From NCBI GenBank assembly GCA_036630325.1, contig CP142730.1, forward strand, positions 744,001 through 808,000: a stretch of 64,000 nucleotides of DNA, given 5' to 3'. Made by a program: the position numbers and the translations under genes. This document shows positions 1 through 12,579 of this stretch, piece after piece. The stretch is from Vairimorpha necatrix (taxonomy: Eukaryota). Position 1 is the stretch's first letter. Every line of letters begins with the position of its first letter. The notes beneath the pieces are model-generated. The model ran no database searches. It had not been told where the DNA came from and worked only from the letters and a program-made list of their open reading frames with translations.

Positions 1-2481
1 TTTTTTCTGGTATTTTGGATAAGAAGAATTAAGCAAATAAGTAAAACTTAGAGACTGAGATTTCGTCAATATTTTTTCTATAAAAAATATCAAATTCAGG
101 TTTCTTATTTTCATAAGTGTCTCGATAAAAATATTTGGAAATTGAGATGACTCATGGGGCAAGTCACGAATTAAATAATTAGATCGATCTTCTGTTTCTG
201 TGCCCTCGGTGAGCACTAGGAATTTATAGGTTTCTTCTAAAGATTCGGCGTATTTTTTACACATTAAATCTAAAACTGGCTCGTAAATATTAAATCTCTT
301 TTCAGAATTTTCCAGATTTATGTCTTCTAAAATATATTCAGGGAAATCTCGCTTCTCAAAATTGTCTTTTAAATAATCTACGAATATTTCTAGAGATTCG
401 TCTGACAAATACGAAGTCGTGGGGACTTCGACGATCAGGCCTCTTAGAATTTGCTGGTCGATTATTTTTGGATTCTTTGAATTTATAACATGCCCGTCAT
501 TTTGGCCTTTTATTTCGTCTATTTCTCCTTCTATTAATTTCTCTATGTCTTTATTTCTAGAAAAAGGCTCTTCTACGTTTATTCCTAAGTCTCTGTAAAC
601 TTTGTATAGGAAAAAGTTATTAATTTTTAGATTTAGCTTGGTTTCACATCTATTTTTATTATTTGTTTCTTCTTTAATATTTAATATGACATTACATAAT
701 CTATAAATTATAAAGTCAAAATCATTTACAAGATTTTCTCTATAAAATTTCCTTATAAATTGTATTTCTAAATTTTGGCTCTTTTTTAATTCTACATTTT
801 CATAAAAATATTCTATGTCTGTAAAATACGAGTCATTATATTCTAAAGTACAGGGGACTTTATAGTCCCCAAGCCACTTTACCACAGCCTCGTCGAACTC
901 GTCTTTATTAAAAATTTCTAATTTGGAAATATTTTCAAGATATTCTAAATATTCTTGACATATTTCATCATAATCAATAAATCTTACTGCGTCAACAACC
1001 CCAAGGCAAAAAAGCATCAAGTCAAATTCTTTACAGTCAAAATTCGAGAAATCTCTAATTTGTTCTGTTTTAATCCACTTTTTCACTGTATTTGTAAACT
1101 TCTTTATATTTGCAATTTGTTTGTAATTGTCTAAATTTAATAAATTCATGATTTCTTCATTTGTGTAATCTTCTGGATATTTACAAATCAAATCCACTGT
1201 ATTTTTATAATCAAAAAGATCTTCTTTATCAAAAACATGGACAGAATATTTAGACTTATTTATAATTTCACTAGAAAAATATTCCCTGTTAAAAATTAGA
1301 CTTAGTAAAAAACCTCTTTGAATTTTCAATTTGTCATTTAAATATGTCAAAGAATCTAAAAGATTCTTAAAAATATTCATATTTGTGTTTTGGCATTCAC
1401 AAAGCGGCATTTTTGTGTCTACTGAATTTATCTTTTTGATAAAATCAAATTTCTTAATATACTTGAGAGCATCTTCTAAATCTTTATTGGTTATTTTATG
1501 TTTGTTTAAAACAAATTTAAGGATTTCATTTGGATTTTCAAAATTTTCATCGATTTGTTTAAAATTGTCTACGATCTGAAAAATGCAAAAATTTTCTGGG
1601 TTGATTTTGTCAAGATTAATTTTATAAAAACTTAATTTGTCATCACAATAATTTAAAAGAATTTTGAATTCTTCAAAATTTTTAACATTGTAATTTTCTA
1701 AATTTATGTGTAAATTTGTACTATTTTCTGCAAGATTATCTATGTTGTTTTCTAAAACATTTTTTTTATTTTTCAAAATTTCCTCTAATAAAAAAATTTC
1801 TATAAATTTCAAATCTTTGTTTATGCAAAATGGAATTTTTTGGTAAATTTTACACAAAATTTTCCACTTTGTTGTTATCAAAACAGGAATTTCAATCTCA
1901 ACAATTTTATCATAAATCTCTTCTATTTGACCTAAACAGTCCATTATAACATACAAATATTTCAAAACAATATTTGAGTTATATTTAAAAAATTCAATTT
2001 TACTCAAAAAATATTTTCTATTTTCTTCTTTAAGAGTCTCTGGACTATTTCTTACAATAAAAGTAAAAATTTTAAGTGAAAGCAATAAATCTTCTTTCCA
2101 ATCTAAAACTTTGTAAATTTTACTTATTAAGTTTTCTAATTTTACAAATTTTTTGTAAATAATTTTGTCTGTTTTGTACGAGTGGTCTTCTATAAATTTA
2201 ATAAGCCAGACTGACAAAACATCAGTCAAGTTTTTAGAATCAGAATTGATGATTTTTAATAGCAAATCTGAAGAAAGATTTCTTATTTCAGTATTTGAAG
2301 AATTAAAATGTTTTATGAGCGAATTCTTGATCATTATATTGTTTAAAGAAATAGAAGGATCGTCTATGTTTATTAGATCATTAAGTCCTTGTATTATAAG
2401 CTTCTCGGAGTTCTTGTTTAGTTTATTGACACTTTCATAAAGTTGAGAATTGAAAATCGAAGATGTCTCGAATGGGTTCAT
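1..2481 (-). CDS. Large alpha-helical protein, probably Listerin/Ltn1 (Rkr1) E3 ligase; 3'-truncated by the window edge
   Basis: ATG at 2481 follows a CCCC motif. The frame was open wherever checked, including the window start (827 codons, absent from the ORF track because no stop is in the window). The N-terminus MNPFETSS...VNKLNKNSEKLIIQGLNDL...NTEIRNLS...LSVWLI resembles the Ltn1 N-terminal domain. The RING domain would lie outside the window. Confidence 0.55.
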   Translation of the reverse strand, partial: MNPFETSSIFNSQLYESVNKLNKNSEKLIIQGLNDLINIDDPSISLNNIMIKNSLIKHFNSSNTEIRNLSSDLLLKIINSDSKNLTDVLSVWLIKFIEDHSYKTDKIIYKKFVKLENLISKIYKVLDWKEDLLLSLKIFTFIVRNSPETLKEENRKYFLSKIEFFKYNSNIVLKYLYVIMDCLGQIEEIYDKIVEIEIPVLITTKWKILCKIYQKIPFCINKDLKFIEIFLLEEILKNKKNVLENNIDNLAENSTNLHINLENYNVKNFEEFKILLNYCDDKLSFYKINLDKINPENFCIFQIVDNFKQIDENFENPNEILKFVLNKHKITNKDLEDALKYIKKFDFIKKINSVDTKMPLCECQNTNMNIFKNLLDSLTYLNDKLKIQRGFLLSLIFNREYFSSEIINKSKYSVHVFDKEDLFDYKNTVDLICKYPEDYTNEEIMNLLNLDNYKQIANIKKFTNTVKKWIKTEQIRDFSNFDCKEFDLMLFCLGVVDAVRFIDYDEICQEYLEYLENISKLEIFNKDEFDEAVVKWLGDYKVPCTLEYNDSYFTDIEYFYENVELKKSQNLEIQFIRKFYRENLVNDFDFIIYRLCNVILNIKEETNNKNRCETKLNLKINNFFLYKVYRDLGINVEEPFSRNKDIEKLIEGEIDEIKGQNDGHVINSKNPKIIDQQILRGLIVEVPTTSYLSDESLEIFVDYLKDNFEKRDFPEYILEDINLENSEKRFNIYEPVLDLMCKKYAESLEETYKFLVLTEGTETEDRSNYLIRDLPHESSQFPNIFIETLMKIRNLNLIFFIEKILTKSQSLSFTYLLNSSYPKYQKK

Positions 2482-2820
2482 TTGGGGTAGAAAAATACTG
2501 AACATTTTAAATTTATTTTTACGTCTTTGTATGAAAAAAAAAAGAAAAAAAGTTATGAAATAGTTTAATGAAGTAATTTGGAGAAGTCTAAGTGTGCTTA
2601 AATTTATATTGTTGCAAGTCAAAATATTTCATTAAATTTTGTATTATTTCCTTTTTTTTTTATAGACATAAAAAACATTGACAAATCTCAAAAAGTTAAC
2701 AAACATAAAAAATATGGACAGAATCCAAAAAATTAACAAACATAATCTATCATTGGGAAGTTTCAAAAATTTCAAATTTGAATATATTTTTATTGCACAC
2801 CCTCTTATAAATTAATTATT

Positions 2821-4650
2821 CTATTGAAAAAAAATTTCATCAATTTCTAGTGGATCGATAACTGTAAATTTTTTTTCAATAAATTTAAAAAATTTTGTAA
2901 AAATTTCCGACTTTCTAAAATTCTGTGAATCTCCAATTACTATCAACCCTTTTTTACTACGAGTAATCGCAACATTCAATCTTTTAAAATCATCTAAAAA
3001 TCCAAAATCTCCAAAATTATTACTTCTTACTAAGGACAAAATAATAAAATCTTTTTCTCTGCCTTGAAACCCATCAACTGTTTTTACTTCAACATCTTCA
3101 TCTAGAAAATTCTTCAGTAATGACGCCTGAGCCGAATAAGGTGTAATTATACCAATACAATCATTTTTAAAATTTTTTATATTATTTTGTAAAAATTTTA
3201 CTATTTTACAAATAATCAAAGCTTCTCCTTCATTCTTTTTACTATTTAAATCTTCAGTCTCATTAAAATCACTACAATCTGTATCTATAAAAATCATAGG
3301 ACTTTGATCAAATAAATTAATTGACTGTTTTTTATGGCTTAGAATCTTTTTATCATAAAACATTTCATTTGAAAAACTTATCAAATTCGGACACATTCTG
3401 TATTGTAAATTAAGTAAAAATGTCTTGAGATCTAATTTCTGGAAAAGCGATGTTGTCTTTGGGCAAAGTTGATTTGGATCGCCGACAAGAATAAAATGAT
3501 CGGCTTTAATTAAAGTAAGAAATGATTCCACATCAGTAGATTGGCAAGCTTCGTCTATGATTGCCCAGTCAAATTTGGTTTTTTCTTTTAAAGACGAAAA
3601 AAGTGTAGAAAAAACGATCCTTGTATTTTCTACTAAATCTGTCGTATAAGACTTTTTTAGATTATTTTGGATTTTTTTAAAATTTTTCTCGTTTTTATCT
3701 TTTTCAATAAAATTTGTTTTTCTTAAAATTTGCTCCTCTAAATTAAATTTCGTAAGTCCTTTGAGTGAACTTCCTAATCTGTAAAAAATTGGATTGTTTT
3801 CAATAAAATATTTGGATTTTAAAAATCGCTCAATTATATTGTCTATAGTTATATTGCTTGGACCGGCTACTAAGACTTTAAGATTTTGTTTAAGTAATTG
3901 AGTAATTATTTCCACCACAGTTCTAGTTTTTCCAGTTCCTGGTGGTCCAATTATTTTATATGATTTTTTGTTAAAAATTTCACATATTGTCATTTTTTGA
4001 CTTTCATTTAAAAATTCATCGGAATAATCAATTTCAAGAGAAGGCTGCGCAGAAAAAATAGGAGAAATCTCTTTAGTATATTTTATCTTTTTATCAATAT
4101 TTTTCGCAACTTGCTCTAAATTTTTAGGATCTTCAATATCAAATTTATCTTTTGATGACCATAAAAAACTAATAATTTCATCTTTTGCGCTTATTTTTAA
4201 ATTGTAATTTGAACTTATTCTTCTTTTTAAATTATCAATCCATCCTTCCAATATTTCTTTAGGTACTTCTTTACCGTTTTTAATATATTTTTCTAAATTT
4301 TCCAAAATAATGTCATTATTAAAATTAGAATTTCTAATAAGTTTGTAATCTCCGAAATCTATCTTTTTTATCATTTCTACAATAACTTCATCTTCTTCTA
4401 TTGTCAAAATTGTACCTCTTGTTATAAATTTACCAGATGAAATTTTCAATTTTTCTTCGGGCTTCAAAATATTTTTTATTTTTCCTTTAGTTGTAGAACT
4501 TGTTATTTTAAATGTTGTCACATAAGATTCATGTGTTTTGATCTGTTTAGTCAGTTTTGAATTATAAGAAATCGTTGGAGTGTTTTTTTCAGTTTCTGTA
4601 ATTTCTTTTTTCAGATTTAATTTTAAATATTCTTTGAATATCAAGTCCAT
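2821..4650 (-). CDS. Upf1-like superfamily 1 helicase (Hcs1/IGHMBP2-type)
   Basis: 609 aa. Motifs LNESQ, GPPGTGKT, DEACQ, LVGDPNQL, LQYRM, ITPYSAQ, TVDGFQGREKD, RLNVAITRSK. No Upf1 CH domain. Confidence 0.9.
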   Translation of the reverse strand: MDLIFKEYLKLNLKKEITETEKNTPTISYNSKLTKQIKTHESYVTTFKITSSTTKGKIKNILKPEEKLKISSGKFITRGTILTIEEDEVIVEMIKKIDFGDYKLIRNSNFNNDIILENLEKYIKNGKEVPKEILEGWIDNLKRRISSNYNLKISAKDEIISFLWSSKDKFDIEDPKNLEQVAKNIDKKIKYTKEISPIFSAQPSLEIDYSDEFLNESQKMTICEIFNKKSYKIIGPPGTGKTRTVVEIITQLLKQNLKVLVAGPSNITIDNIIERFLKSKYFIENNPIFYRLGSSLKGLTKFNLEEQILRKTNFIEKDKNEKNFKKIQNNLKKSYTTDLVENTRIVFSTLFSSLKEKTKFDWAIIDEACQSTDVESFLTLIKADHFILVGDPNQLCPKTTSLFQKLDLKTFLLNLQYRMCPNLISFSNEMFYDKKILSHKKQSINLFDQSPMIFIDTDCSDFNETEDLNSKKNEGEALIICKIVKFLQNNIKNFKNDCIGIITPYSAQASLLKNFLDEDVEVKTVDGFQGREKDFIILSLVRSNNFGDFGFLDDFKRLNVAITRSKKGLIVIGDSQNFRKSEIFTKFFKFIEKKFTVIDPLEIDEIFFQ

Positions 4651-5536
4651 TAAGGGGGTTGTTAATATCGTTATTAATAAACTAATAATATTTATTTTTA
4701 ATGGGGGACAACAATATAAAAATTATCAAAAACCGTAAAAGTTAGTAGCAAACATGAAAAAAAGTAAATATGACACAAAAAATTTTAATCATCTCGGGGT
4801 TACTTAAATAAATAATGTGCTTTTTTAAATAGTTGTTTAATTATATTAAAAAACATTAAATATGTTAAATTTACAAAGACACATTACAATTTTAGTGTAA
4901 ATCTAAATAGAAAGGGGTTATTGCCGGAAAGTAGATGAATTAAAAAAAATAAAAGCTAAATCAATTAATTTAAAACTGTAAAACCTCAAATTTGTAGCCT
5001 CAATTTCACATTGCTTGGGCATATTCAAATATTTATACAAATTTTCGATTGAAAATTTTTATTTGATTATCGTAAACTGTTTTATAAACTGAGACTGAGT
5101 AAAAATGTGCTTATAAGATCTATGAAATGTTTTCTATGATTTTAGAATTATCATTTTCTCTTAGATGCGACCTGCTTTTCATCACGAGCAAATTCTTAGA
5201 ATATACTTTGACTTTGATTTGGCATTTTTGATAAACTAAAATAAATGCTAAGCACTTTTTTTAGAGTGCTTCTAAGATGCCACGGGTCATTAATTTATTT
5301 TGTATAATATATTTTTTAAGCATTTGAGATATTTACTGTTTTAATGCTAAAATTTATATTGTTTACATGTTCTATAACAATGATTCAATGTGTAGTAGTA
5401 ACGGTCTTCAAATTGGATCAAAAAACACGTAATATTGTAATTACAAATTCAAACTTATTCCTTCTGATAATTCTCTTCGATATTTACATAATATAATCTT
5501 ACAAAAACAACTTAAAAATTTTGTAGAAAAAATTTT

Positions 5537-6560
5537 GGCTAAAGTAACCTTTAGCACACAATTTTCGATATAGGGTTTTTTTTGTTTTTTTTGCCCCTTT
5601 TTTTAAAAAATGGAAGAAAGAAAATGTGGAGGAAGAAACAAAAATAAAAATTAAAACAATAAATTTATTAATGTTTCAAACACAGAACTAGAAGAATTTC
5701 TTTGAATCATGTACCTAAATAAATAAAGCTTGGCACTACACGATGACCTATTTCTATTAGGTATAGCATTTTTGAGGGAACGCCAATTACCTTCGATGGT
5801 ATTGGTATGAACACCAGTATTGGGATCTCGAAAGTGCAACGAGTGGTTAACCATATGGTGTTCTTTAAATATGGTCCTCAAAGAATGATAAGCCTTCCAC
5901 ATATCACTATGTATAGTACTTTTTGTACTTACAAATTTTAATAAATGACCCGTAAGAGTTTCTTTATCTCTTTTTTTAATATATAACACTATTATTCTAC
6001 GTTCGATGGTACGTTCTATCATACCGAAACACCAAAATCCCTTCACTAATTTTCCTCTGTTATGTTTATTCTTTCCTATTTTAATTTCATCAATTTCTAC
6101 AACAACATCTTCCCCGCCTATCTTACTAAAAGAAGATAAATATTTGTCATAAATGTTTATTTCTTTTAATTTTGTTAATATAAAGGACACAGACTTTTTG
6201 GTACAACCTAACATTTGACAAATATATTTACGTGGATAACCAAGAATCCACAGATTAAGTATTTGTAATATTGTTATGTGATTAAGTTGAGAACATTCAA
6301 AGAAAGAATCTTTCCATATAGAAAATGACTTTTTGCAATCCTTCCAAGTACATATAAATAAGCCTTTCCCTTTACGTTGTACTCGAATCCTAGATGTACA
6401 ATTATCACAAACAGTAGGTTGTCTTTTTATTATTAATTCATTATACATCGCTTCCAGTTCATCTCTTGTCCAAATTCTTTCTTCCATTTTTTAAAAAAAG
6501 GGGCAAAAAAAACAAAAAAAACCCTATATCGAAAATTGTGTGCTAAAGGTTACTTTAGCC
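5537..6560 (-). mobile_element. Intact Merlin (IS1595/ISXO2-like) DNA transposon, family A, 1024 bp
   Basis: Perfect 86-bp TIRs (5537-5622 and 6475-6560) starting GGCTAAAG. 8-bp TSD AAAATTTT at 5529-5536 and 6561-6568. Encloses a transposase ORF. Confidence 0.95.
5651..6487 (-). CDS. Merlin/ISXO2-like DDE transposase
   Basis: 278 aa. N-terminal CxxC...CxxxxC, VEIDE, HSDMWKAY, VNHS, HTNTIEGNW. Confidence 0.92.
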   Translation of the reverse strand: MEERIWTRDELEAMYNELIIKRQPTVCDNCTSRIRVQRKGKGLFICTWKDCKKSFSIWKDSFFECSQLNHITILQILNLWILGYPRKYICQMLGCTKKSVSFILTKLKEINIYDKYLSSFSKIGGEDVVVEIDEIKIGKNKHNRGKLVKGFWCFGMIERTIERRIIVLYIKKRDKETLTGHLLKFVSTKSTIHSDMWKAYHSLRTIFKEHHMVNHSLHFRDPNTGVHTNTIEGNWRSLKNAIPNRNRSSCSAKLYLFRYMIQRNSSSSVFETLINLLF

Positions 6561-7771
6561 AAAATTTTTTCTGACACTTTAAGAAAATCCATTTTTATAC
6601 ATCTTAATGTATTTTTTGACATTATATTTTCTTTGCTAACAAACAATAACAATTAATTATAAGAATAACAGAATTGCTCTATTAAAACGTGTGTAATATG
6701 CGTAAAACAGAAATAAATATATCCCATGAACCATTATACATTGTTAATTCTAAAAAAAAATATATTTTAAGCTAAACAAAAATTGGTCAGATATTTTTAA
6801 ATATATGTATGAGAAAAAAAATATGTTCATATATTTTATACAGTTCAAAATCATATCATTTTATCAAAAATTTCAAAGCAATAATTTGACCCATGACGCC
6901 ATTTAAATAAAAAATGTCATTAAAAAGGTTTATCATATTATTAATGTTTTGCTTATAACAATAATTTATTTAGTGTCATATTTAATATACTTTTGAAAAT
7001 TTACTATTTGATCTCGCTTTTTGAATATAATTGACAATTTATTTTATTGGTTTTAAGTTGTCTAGTTAAATTTATAATGTAAAAACTAGACAAAAACATG
7101 GGTATTGTGTATTTGATTTATCTTATTTTCTCTCATCAGACTTTACTTTCGCCAGTGTTTAATTACATTAAAAAAATTATGCAAAAGATTAAAGTAAGCA
7201 TAAGCAACATGCTATAGAATTACACATCGATCAATTTATACGAAAAAGATTTCATTATTTATCAATCAAAATTGTACAAATAAGAAATATGATTTTTAAA
7301 ACAACGGCCTTAACTATACTTTTTATAATTTATTGAAAATAATATAGATTTTGAGATTTAGAATTGATAAACTCATACTTTATACAGATATTCTTGATTA
7401 CAAAATATATTTCATATTTATCGTACACGATCTTATTAACCATTTTAATTGGGGGAAATTAAAAAAGTAGATATGTACCTACGATAATGGTTTTCATTAT
7501 TGGTCATATTTGGTTTATTCATTTATTGGTTTGTGTAGTTTATAATATGATTACGTTTAAAACAAATAAAGCAATCATGAATGTATGATATTTAAATTAT
7601 GATATAAGATTTAAAACTTGTTCTGTTTAGCTTATGAAGATAAGAAAATAATGTAAATAATAATTCGTAAACCAGTCTAAATTAATGTTTTTCCACATTA
7701 AAATAACTATAAATTTAAATTTTTATATTATAATTACAATTAAATTTATATCATACATATACAAAGGACAT

Positions 7772-10072
7772 TTATTGTAATTTTGTTGTTTGATTATTTA
7801 TCACCTCAATCAGATCATCATGTAACCTCGTCCCTGACTCTTGAGATAATAATTCTTCATCACATAATATTTCTAATATATTCTGATACTTGCTCTTACA
7901 CTTTTCTTTTGATATAATATTATTCTCCAATTCCCCTTCAAACATTTTTACTAGAATAGATGGAAACTCTCTTTTACAACATATTTTAACATTTTCTCCG
8001 ATATTGTTTTTTAGATCTCGGTTAAAATTTTCTATCATTTCATTTGTATACTCTTTTATAATGTTTTCATCCCAAGAATTCAAAATTTTTGATAACTCTC
8101 CTATCACATTGTCATGTTCAAAAATGTTTTCTATGGCCTTTGCTCCTTCTTCTATTAATTCATTTTCAAATTTAATTCTTACTTCTAATTCATATAAATT
8201 TTCTACTTTTCTATTTAATCCATCAGTTAATATTTCGTTTAACACTTCACCGAAGATTATTTTGTGCATTTTTTTCAATATACTCATAATTTCTTTTTTG
8301 CATATTGTTTTTTCGACCTCTTTTTCTATGATAGTTTTAATTTGATTTATGTATTTTCTATATTCTTTTTTAGCATCCTCTTGTAAATTTTTGGATAATT
8401 TTTCCCTTATTGTATCGTTATTTATATCTACTTCGTTTTTATTAATTCTATAAGTATTAAGAACTTCGTCCTTTTTAGTATAAAATCGACTAAATCCCAT
8501 TTCATATGTATTTATTTCTAATCCAGTTATTAATGTTGACAGTTCAAGACTACAAATTAATACATGTTTTTTGAAAAAATTTACATCTTTTAAGTGATAC
8601 TCTACAGATTCTTTGTATATTTTGTATAAATCAATATTTTCATTACTATTTGATAGATGTGATTCATTTATGGCGAATTGTCTTTTGTGTTTTTCTTTGG
8701 TTTCAATTAATTTTCCAATTTTTTTAAGCGTATCAAATATTGTATCATTACTACATTCATTTTCGTTCATGTATTTCTCTGCCTCTAAGAATATACAAAT
8801 TTTCATAATATGAGTATTCGATGAATATTCACGACATGATAAATTTTTCCAAAATATATTTATAAGTTGCATTTTTCTTCTTTCAGTGAGGTTGTCGCGG
8901 CCTATCATTTTTTTCATTTCACTTTCGTCTATTAATGACTGGTCAAACATTAAATGAGCGAATATCATACTTAAAGGAGTTCCTGGTTTATTTAAAAGTC
9001 TATTTATGATAAACTCTACTTTGTTTTCATTTTTCATTAGTCTAAAAAACAATTCAACATATTTATCATTAAATTCTAGGAAATAAATCTTTCTAAAAAC
9101 TCTTTTAAACTCAATAATTTTTTTTTCTTCAATTATATTTTCATTGTTAGTCAAATTTGGGTTTTTTTCAGAAAAATAATCATAATGTCTGATATCATGT
9201 GTAAATCTGATTCCATCATTTAATATCGACATTTCAAAATTTCTAGCATACAATTTAATATTATTTAATTCACAAATTGTAAAATGGGATTGGTCGTATA
9301 AACTTATTCCATCCAAATAAACAAGCTTATATAAATCGTAGAAATGCTCACCAATCAGCTTATCGATTTCATTAACGTGTGATGACTCAAATTTGACCAT
9401 TGAGAAAAGATTTGGTTCATCAAGTAATTTATAATCTACTTCAAAACAATAATAAATATTATCTACTTGTATACTAAGGATTAAATAACATTTAAATTTC
9501 GTCTCAACGATTTCAAGTGGTATTTTGTATGTAATCGGATTTTCTCTATAATATTTTAAGTCGATTCCAGTTTGTTTTATCATTCTGTTCCACAGACAAC
9601 TTTGGTTTGTAATACTATCATATAAAATTTCAGGACGTACACTCATTTCTCTTCTTTTAATATTCAATTCTTTAAAATGCTTTATGATTTTTTTATAAAT
9701 TAGATCCACTTCATAATACTTTGAGTCATATATCAAGATTATAGAGTCGGCTAATTTGTTTTTGTATTCAAATAACAATTTTTTTTCAAATTCGTCAACA
9801 ATATTTACAATAGATTTGTTATAGCAGCTAATTATTATGTTTTCCAATTCCTCACTTTGATCCCAAGGGAAAGCTTCTAACCTTAATCTCGCATTTATTT
9901 CATTTTTACTCATATGAAAATTTAATGTTACCTTTAAGTATCTATTTTCAATATTAATGGTAGTATAATTCCTTGCAATAATTTCATCCGTTAATACGGC
10001 GTTAAGCTGATCATAAAAACGTGTCCATGTTTGTATAAATACAATATAGGAAATTATTTTAATTATATGCAT
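7772..10072 (-). CDS. Lineage-specific ~770-aa protein with putative signal peptide (family X, copy 1)
   Basis: 766 aa with CCCCC before the ATG and a hydrophobic N-terminus. Aligns by eye along its length with 30277-32589 (shared LLFEYK, QTGIDLKY, GIRFTHD, REYSSNT, SLYDQS/NLYDQS). Confidence 0.85.
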   Translation of the reverse strand: MHIIKIISYIVFIQTWTRFYDQLNAVLTDEIIARNYTTINIENRYLKVTLNFHMSKNEINARLRLEAFPWDQSEELENIIISCYNKSIVNIVDEFEKKLLFEYKNKLADSIILIYDSKYYEVDLIYKKIIKHFKELNIKRREMSVRPEILYDSITNQSCLWNRMIKQTGIDLKYYRENPITYKIPLEIVETKFKCYLILSIQVDNIYYCFEVDYKLLDEPNLFSMVKFESSHVNEIDKLIGEHFYDLYKLVYLDGISLYDQSHFTICELNNIKLYARNFEMSILNDGIRFTHDIRHYDYFSEKNPNLTNNENIIEEKKIIEFKRVFRKIYFLEFNDKYVELFFRLMKNENKVEFIINRLLNKPGTPLSMIFAHLMFDQSLIDESEMKKMIGRDNLTERRKMQLINIFWKNLSCREYSSNTHIMKICIFLEAEKYMNENECSNDTIFDTLKKIGKLIETKEKHKRQFAINESHLSNSNENIDLYKIYKESVEYHLKDVNFFKKHVLICSLELSTLITGLEINTYEMGFSRFYTKKDEVLNTYRINKNEVDINNDTIREKLSKNLQEDAKKEYRKYINQIKTIIEKEVEKTICKKEIMSILKKMHKIIFGEVLNEILTDGLNRKVENLYELEVRIKFENELIEEGAKAIENIFEHDNVIGELSKILNSWDENIIKEYTNEMIENFNRDLKNNIGENVKICCKREFPSILVKMFEGELENNIISKEKCKSKYQNILEILCDEELLSQESGTRLHDDLIEVINNQTTKLQ

Positions 10073-12579
10073 AGGGGGAAAACTTTTTTTATTAAATATT
10101 TGAATTTTGGATCAATTATGACTCAAAATTTTTAAATTTTTGAAAAAAAATGAATCAGAGCTATTGGTAATGATAGGATTTAAACTCTTGTTTTTATATA
10201 ACATAATTTGAATAATCAAACTTTAGTATCACTTCTTGAAAAAAATCAATGACGTGTATAAACATTAGAATATAATTTAAAACCATAATGATAATTACAA
10301 GTAAAAAGAAAAAACTAATTCCTTTGAAACCCTTTGGCATCCTTTTTATGCATTAATTAACTGCTGAAAAATTAAAATCTTTTACTATAACCTATTATTT
10401 ATAATAGCTACTTACAATTTAATGTTTGTTTACAAACATTAGCTTCTTTTTTTGTTTTTAGTGTTTATATTACATATAGTTTATTATGAAATTTTTATCG
10501 TTATTTTAGATTGGTTTGTTTGATGTAAATCTTGTGTCAATGAAGCAATTATATGAACACAACTTTTGAGTCTTATTATCAATAAAAAATTGAACTAATA
10601 CAATGTCTTGCTCTCTACCATAAAACTAAAAAATCTGACTCAAAAAAAACGACATATTAAAATTTTTAAGCTAAATTATTTTTTAGAACCCCTTAAGTTA
10701 TATTTTCATAAGTAATGTCCTTATGATTTAGATTAAAAATAGGAGTTGTAATGATATTTTAATTTAAATTTTTTATTATTTTGATTTTCTCACTTATATA
10801 TATATATATATATATCGTAAATTAATATATGGGCACGTAATAATATGTTCCCAGATATTTAATGTCAAAAAATCAAATGTATTATATGTCTTTTGGTCGA
10901 TTAAATAATTATTTGGCCACTTTTGGCATTTAAAAGGAATGTACCAGAAACTCTTACAGACTTGTTGTTATATTGTGGGATTCTTGGCATGAAAACAAAA
11001 AACTCAGTTATATTTTTTATTCAATTTCAGTTCTATATTTTAATGGCAGTTTATTAAACATAATTTTTCGAAATATTTATAAAAACTTGATTTATTCCTT
11101 TAAGATATATTTTTTTATTAAAATGTAATTAGTATCATCTTGATATAAAATATAGGTTTAATCCAATAAATCATATACACTTTTCACTAAACCTATTATA
11201 ACAATATAAATTTTCTTTTAACAAAATGCATATTTTCACATTATACATCTTAATTTCTAAATTTATCAATCCTGTGGTATGTAGTTTCTACAGTTTACAT
11301 AAAAAAAGTAGTTGTTGATCTTATACAAAATATGATGACCTAAAATCGTATTGCGTATTCATAACTCTATTTTTGCTTTGATTATTTGTGTTGAAGTGCT
11401 ATAACATTCCATTTAGAAACACATCAGTATTTTTTTCCTTTTCATTGAAAATTATTTAATGTTTTACAATACAAACAAAATCAATATTTACTTATTTTAA
11501 AAATTTTTTATACTCTTAAAGTATTATAATAATATGCATAAAATCAGAAAAGAAATAAAGAGATGATTATAAAGCCAAAACTAAACATTTATTAATTAAT
11601 TTTATTTTATTTTTAAATCGTGGGTTCTAACACCAAACTCTCAAATATAAATTTTTAATTTTTTGTAGCTTATAAAAAACAACGATAACATGTGTAGATG
11701 TACACTTATAGAATAAAATGATTGGAATAATATGACATATATTGATAAATAAAAAAAGGCAAATTTTATGATTACTTAAAAACTTATCAAACGATTTCAA
11801 ATTGTATTTAAAAAAAGCCCAGCTCGGCTAATTCATAACAAAAACATAAGAAACAATTTTAATTATTGCTTCATATTTGTGAAAGCATCTTAGCTATGTT
11901 CAGTGCCAAAAAGAATGACTAATAAAAAAACTAATGACACTATAAAACATGAGAAGTTTGTTTTTGAATCAAATCCCTTAGAAACATCATCAATATTATT
12001 ATTATTAAATTTTTATTTCATACTGGAAAAAAAATAATACAAAAGTTTTTTTACAAACTAATTTCGGTTTTATAAACAAAGGTATAATAGTTAAAGTCGA
12101 ACTTTGTAGTAAATGTTACATTGCTAAATACATCTCATGCAGATTTTATTAGATGTAGAAATTTATTTTTCTTCTCATAAGCTATACTATATTATTCGAA
12201 CATTATATCAAGATAATACATTCTTTTCTATAATGTCGATATTTAAAATTAAAGAACCATTCACTGTCCAAGTTTTTCCTTTTTTTCGAGATACGTTTTG
12301 GTCATAAAATACATAACTGCTGAAAAAATTTATGTATTATCGGTTGATCTTACTAATGGCAATTTTTTTTGTTCGATTTGTGCTTTGGTGCCTGATTTAT
12401 GATAAATTTTCGCTATATTGTAATAGTCATCGATGTTCAACGTTTTTTCCAATTAAGTCTGATCTTTAATCCAATAAATTTGCTTCGTATGACATATAAG
12501 CTATAAGTTAGAAAATTTATGCGCAACTTAGTATTTTTACATGGGCACAACAGCAAACGGATTTTTAAATCTTTTGAAT

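Noticed and set aside
1331-2440. Plus-strand ORFs at 1331 and 2165, and similar antisense ORFs (7890, 8613, 30815, 35896, 36703, 37078, 38702, 41213, 44027, 44483, 50463)
   Set aside because: These are F/S/L/I-rich shadows on the opposite strand of real K/E-rich genes.
10795-10815. (TA)n tracts and short direct repeats (also near 13351, 2690, 39050, 62735, 63493) as an array or CRISPR
   Set aside because: Simple slippage repeats with no repeat-spacer organisation, in a eukaryotic context.
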